Shown: positions 1 through 8,000 of the stretch, piece after piece
Position numbering within the stretch: the stretch's first letter is position 1
How the letters are laid out: each line of letters starts with the position of its first letter
Assembly (NCBI RefSeq): GCF_009914755.1
Contig: NC_060944.1
Length of the DNA stretch: 64,000 nt
Source: the human T2T-CHM13v2.0 reference genome, Homo sapiens
Strand: one strand, 5' to 3'
The notes under the pieces: model-generated
Database searches by the model: none
What the model saw: the letters and a program-made list of their open reading frames with translations, nothing else
What the model was told of the DNA's origin: nothing
Translations under genes and position numbers: made by a program

Positions 1-296
1 ATTCTCAGAAACTGCTTTGGGATGTTTCAATTGAAGTCCCAGTGTTGAACATTCCCTTTCATAGAGCAGGTTTGAAACACTCTTTTTGTACTATCTGGAA
101 GTGGACATTTGGAGCGCTTTCAGGTCTACGGTGAAAAAGGAGATATCTTCCAATAAAAACTAGATAGAAGCAATGTCAGAACTTTTTTCATGATGTATCT
201 ACTCAGCAAACAGAGTTGAACCTTTCTTTTGAGAGAGCAGTTTTGAAACACTCTTTTTGTGGAATATGCAAGTGGGTATTAGGCCAGCTTGGAGGA

Positions 297-313
297 TTTC
301 GTTGGAAACGGGA
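297..313 (+). promoter_or_regulatory. CENP-B box (m2), canonical; recurs in each HOR
   Basis: TTTCGTTGGAAACGGGA matches YTTCGTTGGAARCGGGA. Confidence 0.97.
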
Positions 314-634
314 ATACGTATAAAAAGCAGACAGCAGCATTGTCAGAAACTACTTTGTGATGTTTGCATTCAAGTCACAGAATTGAACACTCCCTTTCAC
401 AGAGCAGGTTTGAAACACTCTTTTTGTAGTGTCTGTAAGTGAACATTTGGATTGCTTTCAGGCCTAAGGTGAAAAAGGAAATATCTTCCCATAAAAACTA
501 GACAGAAGCATTCTCAGAAACTTGTTTGTGATGTGTGCCCTCTACTGACAGAGTTGAACCTTTCTTTGCAAAGAGCAGTTTTGAAACACTCTTTTTGTAG
601 AATCTGCAAGAGGATATTTGGATAGTTTTGAGGA

Positions 635-651
635 TTTCTTGGGAAACGGGA
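635..651 (+). promoter_or_regulatory. Degenerate CENP-B box (m4), predicted non-binding; fixed in all 16-mer HORs
   Basis: TTTCTTGGGAAACGGGA: the first CpG of the core nTTCGnnnnAnnCGGGn is lost. Confidence 0.88.
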
Positions 652-976
652 ATGTCTTCAGATAAACTCTAGACAGAAGCATTCTCAGAAACTTCTTTGG
701 GATGTTTCAATTGCAGTCACAGTGTTGAACATTCCCTTTCACAGAGCAGGTTTGAAACACTCTTTTTATAGTGTCTATAAGTGAACATTTGGCGTGCTTT
801 CAGGCCTAACGTGAAAAAGGAAATATCTTCCCATAAAAACTAGACAGAAGCATTCTCAGAAACTTGTTCGTGATGTGTGCCCTGTACTGACAGAGTTGAA
901 CCTTTCTTTGCAAAGAGCAGCTTTGAAACACTCTTTTTGTAGAATCTGCAAGAGGATATTTGGATAGCTTTGAGGA

Positions 977-993
977 TTTCGTTGGAAACGGGT
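977..993 (+). promoter_or_regulatory. CENP-B box (m6), core intact
   Basis: TTTCGTTGGAAACGGGT; only non-core position 17 differs. Confidence 0.93.
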
Positions 994-1317
994 ATGTCTT
1001 CAGATAAACTCTAGACAGAAGCATTCTCAGAAACTTCTTTGGGATGTTGCATTCAAGTCACAGAGTAGAACATTCCCATTCATAGAGCAGATTTGAAACA
1101 CTCTTTTTGTAGTATCTGGAAGTGGACATTTGGAGCGCTTTCAGGCCTATGTTGAAAAAGGAAATATCTTCCCATAAAAACTAGACGGAAGCATTCTCAG
1201 AAACTTATTTGTGATGTGTTTGCTCAACTAACAGGATTGAACCATCGTTTTGAAGGAGCAGTTTTGAAACACTGTTTTCGTGGAATCTGCAAGTGGATAT
1301 TTGGCTAGCTTTGAGGA

Positions 1318-1334
1318 TTTCGTTGGAAACGGGA
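1318..1334 (+). promoter_or_regulatory. CENP-B box (m8), canonical
   Basis: TTTCGTTGGAAACGGGA. Confidence 0.97.
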
Positions 1335-1655
1335 TTACATATAAAAAGGAGACAGCAGCATTCTCAGAAACTTCTTTGTGATGTCTGCATTCAATTCACA
1401 GAGTTGAGCATTCCCTTTCATAGAGCAGGTTGGAAACACTCTTTTTGTAGTATCTGGATGAGGACATTTGTAGCGCTTTCAGGCGTATGGTGAAAAAGGA
1501 AATATCTTCCCGTAAAAACTAGCCAGAAGCATTCTCAGAAGTTTATTTGTGATGTGTGCCCTCAACTAACAGAGTTGAACCTTTCTTTTGATAGAGCAGT
1601 TTTGAAACACTCTTTTTGTAAAATCTGCAAGAGGATATTTGGATAGCTTTGAGGA

Positions 1656-1672
1656 TTTCGTTGTAAACGGGA
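1656..1672 (+). promoter_or_regulatory. CENP-B box (m10), variant with intact core
   Basis: TTTCGTTGTAAACGGGA here and TTTCGTTGCAAACGGGA in most HORs; the nine core positions are retained. Confidence 0.88.
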
Positions 1673-1997
1673 ATGGCTTCATATAAACTCTAGACAGAAG
1701 CATTCTCAGAAACTTCGTTGGGATGTTTCGATTGAAGTCCCAGTGTTGAACATTCCCTTTTATAGAGCAGGTTGGAAACACTCTTTCTGCATTCCCTGGA
1801 AGTGGACATTTGGAGCGCTTTCAGGACGACGGTGAAAATGGAAATATCTTCCAAGAAAATCTAGATAGAAGCAATGTCAGAAACTTTTATGTGATGGATC
1901 TACTCAGCTAACAGAGTTGAACCTTTCTTTTGAGAGAGCAGTTTTGCAACACTCTTTTTGTGGAATATGCAAGTGGATATTAGGGCAGCTTTGAGGA

Positions 1998-2014
1998 TTT
2001 CGTTGGAAACGGGA
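1998..2014 (+). promoter_or_regulatory. CENP-B box (m12), canonical
   Basis: TTTCGTTGGAAACGGGA. Confidence 0.97.
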
Positions 2015-2335
2015 ATACATGTAAAAAGCAGACAGCAGCATTCTCAGAAACTTCTTTGTGATGTTTGCATTGAAGTCACAGAGTTGAACATTCCCTTTGA
2101 GAGAGCAGGTTTGAAACACGCCTTTTGTCATATCTGGAAGTGTCCATTCGGAGCGCATTCAGGCTTGTGTTGAAAAAGGAAATATCCTCCCATAAAAACT
2201 AGACAGAAGCATTCTCAGAAACTTATCTGTGATGTATGTACTCAACTAACAGAACTAAACCATCGTTTTGAAGGAGCAGTTTTGAAACACTCTTTTTGCG
2301 GAATCTGCAAGTGGATATTTGGCTAGCTGGGAGGA

Positions 2336-2352
2336 TTTCGTTGGAAACGGGA
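2336..2352 (+). promoter_or_regulatory. CENP-B box (m14), canonical
   Basis: TTTCGTTGGAAACGGGA. Confidence 0.97.
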
Positions 2353-2502
2353 TTACATACAAAAAGCAGACAGCAGCATTCTCAGAAACTTCTTTGTGAT
2401 GTTTGCATTCAAGTCACAGAGTTGAACATTCCCTTTCATAGAGCAGGTTTGAAACACTCTTTTTGTAGTATCTGGATGTGGACATTTGGATCGCTTTCAG
2501 GC

Positions 2503-2519
2503 CTATGGTGAAAAAGGAA
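2503..2519 (+). promoter_or_regulatory. pJalpha box of A-type monomer (m15); variants occur in the other odd monomers
   Basis: CTATGGTGAAAAAGGAA is the reverse complement of the pJalpha motif TTCCTTTTYCACCRTAG and sits at the position the CENP-B box occupies in B-type monomers. Confidence 0.8.
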
Positions 2520-2673
2520 ATATCTTCCCATGAAAACTAGACAGAAGCATTCTCAGAAACTTATTTGTGATGTGTGCCCTCAACTGACAGTGTTGAACCT
2601 TTGTTTTGATAGAGCAGTTCTGAAACACACTTTTTGTAAAATCTGCAAGAGGATATTTGGATAGCTTTGAGGA

Positions 2674-2690
2674 TTTCGTTGGAAACGGGA
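2674..2690 (+). promoter_or_regulatory. CENP-B box (m16), canonical
   Basis: TTTCGTTGGAAACGGGA. Confidence 0.97.
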
Positions 2691-2719
2691 ATGTCTTCAT
2701 GTAAACTCTAGACAGAAGC

Positions 2720-5097
2720 ATTCTCAGAAACTGCTTTGGGATGTTTCAATTGAAGTCCCAGTGTTGAACATTCCCATTCATAGAGCAGGTTTGAAACACT
2801 CTTTTTGTACTATCTGGAAGTGGACATTTGGAGCGCTTTCAGGTCTACGGTGAAAAAGGAGATATCTTCCAATAAAAACTAGATAGAAGCAATGTCAGAA
2901 CTTTTTTCATGATGTATCTACTCAGCAAACAGAGTTGAACCTTTCTTTTGAGAGAGCAGTTTTGAAACACTCTTTTTGTGGAATATGCAAGTGGGTATTA
3001 GGCCAGCTTGGAGGATTTCGTTGGAAACGGGAATACGTATAAAAAGCAGACAGCAGCATTGTCAGAAACTACTTTGTGATGTTTGCATTCAAGTCACAGA
3101 ATTGAACACTCCCCTTCACAGAGCAGGTTTGAAACACTCTTTTTGTAGTGTCTGTAAGTGAACATTTGGATTGCTTTCAGGCCTAAGGTGAAAAAGGAAA
3201 TATCTTCCCATAAAAACTAGACAGAAGCATTCTCAGAAACTTGTTTGTGATGTGTGCCCTCTACTGACAGATTTGAACCTTTCTTTGCAAAGAGCAGCTT
3301 TGAAACACTCTTTTTGTAGAATCTGCAAGAGGATATTTGGATAGCTTGGAGGATTTCGTTGGAAACGGGTATGTCTTCAGATAAACTCTAGACAGAAGCA
3401 TTCTCAGAAACTTCTTTGGGATGTTGCATTCAAGTCACAGAGTAGAACATTCCCATTCATAGAGCAGATTTGAAACACTCTTTTTGTAGTATCTGGAAGT
3501 GGACATTTGGAGCGCTTTCAGGCCTATGTTGAAAAAGGAAATATCTTCCCATAAAAACTAGACGGAAGCATTCTCAGAAACTTATTTGTGATGTGTTTGC
3601 TCAACTAACAGGATTGAACCATCGTTTTGAAGGAGCAGTTTTGAAACACTGTTTTCGTGGAATCTGCAAGTGGATATTTGGCTAGCTTTGAGGATTTCGT
3701 TGGAAACGGGATTACATATAAAAAGGAGACAGCAGCATTCTCAGAAACTTCTTTGTGATGTCTGCATTCAATTCACAGAGTTGAGCATTCCCTTTCATAG
3801 AGCAGGTTGGAAACACTCTTTTTGTAGTATCTGGATGAGGACATTTGGAGCGCTTTCAGGCGTATGGTGAAAAAGGAAATATCTTCCCGTAAAAACTAGA
3901 CAGAAGCATTCTCAGAAGTTTATTTGTGATGTGTGCCCTCAACTAACAGAGTTGAACCTTTCTTTGGATAGAGCAGTTTTGAAACACTCTTTTTCTAAAA
4001 TCTGAAAGAGGATATTTGGATAGCTTTGAGGATTTCATTGCAAACGGGAATGGCTTCATATAAACTCTAGACAGAAGCATTCTCAGAAACTTCGTTGGGA
4101 TGTTTCGATTGAAGTCCCAGTGTTAAACATTCCCTTTTATAGAGCAGGTTGGAAACACTCTTTCTGCATTCCCTGGAAGTGGACATTTGGAGCGCTTTCA
4201 GGACGACAGTGAAAATGGAAATATCTTCCAATAAAATCTAGATAGAAACAACGTCAGAAACTTTTATGTGATGGATCTACTCAGCTAACAGAGTTGAGCC
4301 TTTCTTTTGAGAGAGCAGTTTTGCAACACTCTTTTTGTGGAATATGCAAGTGGATATTAGGGCAGCTTTGAGGATTTCCTTGGAAACGGGAATACATGTA
4401 AAAAGCAGACAGCAGCATTCTCAGAAACTTCTTTGTGATGTTTGCATTGAAGTCACAGAGTTGAACATTCCATTTGAGAGAGCAGGATTGAAACACGCCT
4501 TTTTGTCATATCTGGAAGTGTCCATTCGGAGCGCATTCAGGCTTGTGTTGAAAAAGGAAATATCCTCCCATAAAAACTAGACAGAAGCATTCTCAGAAAC
4601 TTATTTTTGATGTATGTACTCAACTAACAGAACTAAACCATCGTTTTGAAGGAGCAGTTTTGAAACACTCTTTTTGCGGAATCTGCAAGTGTATATTTGG
4701 CTAGCTGGGAGGATTTCGTTGGAAACGGGATTACATACAAAAAGCAGAGAGCAGCATTCTCAGAAACTTCTTTGTGATGTTTGCATTCAAGTCACAGAGT
4801 TGAACATTCCCTTTCGTAGAGCAGGTTTGAAACACTCTTTTTGTAGTATCTGGATGTGGACATTTGGATCGCTTTCAGGCCTATGGTGAAAAAGGAAATA
4901 TCTTCCCATGAAAACTAGACAGAAGCATTCTCAGAAACTTATTTGTGATGTGTGCCCTCAACTGACAGTGTTGAACCTTTGTTTTGATAGAGCAGTTCTG
5001 AAACACACTTTTTGTAAAATCTGCAAGAGGATATTTGGATAGCTTTGAGGATTTCGTTGGAAACGGGAATGTCTTCATGTAAACTCTAGACAGAAGC
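2720..5097 (+). repeat. Structural-variant 14-mer HOR (HOR2, 2378 bp): 342-bp deletion producing an m4/m6 hybrid monomer, plus a 1-bp insertion
   Basis: Marker ORF spacing 2976->5354 is 2378 = 2719-342+1. The monomer at ~3229 begins like m4 (CTTGTTTGTG) and ends like m6 (GAGCAGCTTTG...TTTCGTTGGAAACGGGTATG). There is an extra T in the run at ~4500. Confidence 0.95.
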
Positions 5098-8000
5098 ATT
5101 CTCAGAAACTGCTTTGGGATGTTTCAATTGAAGTCCCAGTGTTGAACATTCCCTTTCATAGAGCAGGTTTGAAACACTCTTTTTGTACTATCTGGAAGTG
5201 GACATTTGGAGCGCTTTCAGGTCTACGGTGAAAAAGGAGATATCTTCCAATAAAAACTAGATAGAAGCAATGTCAGAACTTTTCTCATGATGTATCTACT
5301 CAGCAAACAGAGTTGAACCTTTCTTTTGAGAGAGCAGTTTTGAAACACTCTTTTTGTGGAATATGCAAGTGGGTATTAGGCCGGCTTGGAGGATTTCGTT
5401 GGAAACGGGAATACGTATAAAAAGCAGACAGCAGCATTGTCAGAAACTACTTTGTGATGTTTGCATTCAAGTCACAGAATTGAACACTCCCTTTCACAGA
5501 GCAGGTTTGAAACACTCTTTTTGTAGTGTCTGTAAGTGAACATTTGGATTGCTTTCAGGCCTAAGGTGAAAAAGGAAATATCTTCCCATAAAAACTAGAC
5601 AGAAGCATTCTCAGAAACTTGTTTGTGATGTGTGCCCTCTACTGACAGAGTTGAACCTTTCTTTGTAAAGAGCAGTTTTGAAACACTCTTTTTGTAGAAT
5701 CTGCAAGAGGATATTTGGATAGCTTTGAGGATTTCTTGGGAAACGGGAATGTCTTCAGATAAACTCTAGACAGAAGCATTCTCAGAAACTTCTTTGGGAT
5801 GTTTCAATTGAAGTCACAGTGTTGAACATTCCCTTTCACAGAGCAGGTTTGAAACACTCTTTTTGTAGTGTCTATAAGTGAACATTTGGCGTGCTTTCAG
5901 GCCTAACGTGAAAAAGGAAATATCTTCCCATAAAAACTAGACAGAAGCATTCTCAGAAACTTGTTCGTGATGTGTGCCCTCTACTGACAGAGTTGAACCT
6001 TTCTTTGCAAAGAGCAGCTTTGAAACACTCTTTTTGTAGAATCTGCAAGAGGATATTTGGATAGCTTTGAGGATTTCGTTGGAAACGGGTATGTCTTCAG
6101 ATAAACTCTAGACAGAAGCATTCTCAGAAACTTCTTTGGGATGTTGCATTCAAGTCACAGAGTAGAACATTCCCATTCATAGAGCAGATTTGAAACACTC
6201 TTTTTGTAGTATCTGGAAGTGGACATTTGGAGCGCTTTCAGGCCTAGGTTGAAAAAGGAAATATCTTCCCATAAAAACTAGACGGAAGCATTCTCAGAAA
6301 CTTACTTGTGATGTGTTTGCTCAACTAACAGAATTGAACCATCGTTTTGAAGGAGCAGTTTTGAAACACTGTTTTCGTGGAATCTGCAAGTGGATATTTG
6401 GCTAGCTTTGAGGATTTCGTTGGAAACGGGATTACATATAAAAAGGAGACAGCAGCATTCTCAGAAACTTCTTTGTGATGTCTGCATTCAATTCACAGAG
6501 TTGAGCATTCCCTTTCATAGAGCAGGTTGGAAACACTCTTTTTGTAGTATCTGGATGAGGACATTTGGAGCGCTTTCAGGCGTATGGTGAAAAAGGAAAT
6601 ATCTTCCCGTAAAAACTAGACAGAAGCATTCTCAGAAGTTTATTTGTGATGTGTGCCCTCAACTAACAGAGTTGAACCTTTCTTTTGATAGAGCAGTTTT
6701 GAAACACTCTTTTTGTAAAATCTGCAAGAGGATATTTGGATAGCTTTGAGGATTTCGTTGCAAACGGGAATGGCTTCATATAAACTCTAGACAGAAGCAT
6801 TCTCAGAAACTTCGTTGGGATGTTTCGATTGAAGTCCCAGTGTTGAACATTCCCTTTTATAGAGCAGGTTGGAAACACTCTTTCTGCATTCCCTGGAAGT
6901 GGACATTTGGAGCGCTTTCAGGACGACGGTGAAAATGGAAATATCTTCCAATAAAATCTAGATAGAAACAACGTCAGAAACTTTTATGTGATGGATCTAC
7001 TCAGCTAACAGAGTTGAACCTTTCTTTTGAGAGAGCAGTTTTGCAACACTCTTTTTGTGGAATATGCAAGTGGATATTAGGGCAGCTTTGAGGATTTCGT
7101 TGGAAACGGGAATACATGTAAAAAGCAGACAGCAGCATTCTCAGAAACTTCTTTGTGATGTTTGCATTGAAGTCACAGAGTTGAACATTCCCTTTGAGAG
7201 AGCAGGTTTGAAACACGCCTTTTGTCATATCTGGAAGTGTCCATTCGGAGCGCATTCAGGCTTGTGTTGAAAAAGGAAATATCCTCCCATAAAAACTAGA
7301 CAGAAGCATTCTCAGAAACTTATCTGTGATGTATGTACTCAACTAACAGAACTAAACCATCGTTTTGAAGGAGCAGTTTTGAAACACTCTTTTTGCGGAA
7401 TCTGCAAGTGGATATTTGGCTAGCTGGGAGGATTTCGTTGGAAACGGGATTACATACAAAAAGCAGACAGCAGCATTCTCAGAAACTTCTTTGTGATGTT
7501 TGCATTCAAGTCACAGAGTTGAACATTCCCTTTCATAGAGCAGGTTTGAAACACTCTTTTTGTAGTATCTGGATGTGGACATTTGGATCGCTTTCAGGCC
7601 TATGGTGAAAAAGGAAATATCTTCCCATGAAAACTAGACAGAAGCATTCTCAGAAACTTATTTGTGATGTGTGCCCTCAACTGACAGTGTTGAACCTTTG
7701 TTTTGATAGAGTAGTTCTGAAACACACTTTTTGTAAAATCTGCAAGAGGATATTTGGATAGCTTTGAGGATTTCGTTGGAAACGGGAATGTCTTCATGTA
7801 AACTCTAGACAGAAGCATTCTCAGAAACTGCTTTGGGATGTTTCAATTGAAGTCCCAGTGTTGAACATTCCCTTTCATAGAGCAGGTTTGAAACACTCTT
7901 TTTGTACTATCTGGAAGTGGACATTTGGAGCGCTTTCAGGTCTACGGTGAAAAAGGAGATACCTTCCAATAAAAACTAGATAGAAGCAATGTCAGAACTT

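Larger units (their letters stand above)
1..2719 (+). repeat. Canonical 16-mer HOR unit (HOR1, 2719 bp); probable D20Z2 / S2C20H1L of human chromosome 20
   Basis: Monomer starts at 1, 172, 339, 510, 681, 852, 1023, 1193, 1360, 1531, 1702, 1873, 2040, 2211, 2378, 2549; the next unit starts at 2720. Lengths are 171 bp except m2, m8, m12, m14 (167) and m7 (170). The 16-mer structure is read directly. The chromosome call is inferred from a 16-mer HOR with dimeric box alternation: the other well-known 16-mer, D17Z1, is pentameric SF3. Confidence 0.72.

Noticed and set aside
667-1870. Short palindromes (TCTAGA, AGGCCT, AGCGCT, CAATTG) as regulatory dyads or terminators
   Set aside because: These are ordinary 6-bp sites in the alphoid consensus; I saw no long hairpin by eye.
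1-2719. Assignment to the chromosome 17 D17Z1 16-mer
   Set aside because: D17Z1 is pentameric SF3, whereas the boxes here alternate strictly every ~340 bp (dimeric).
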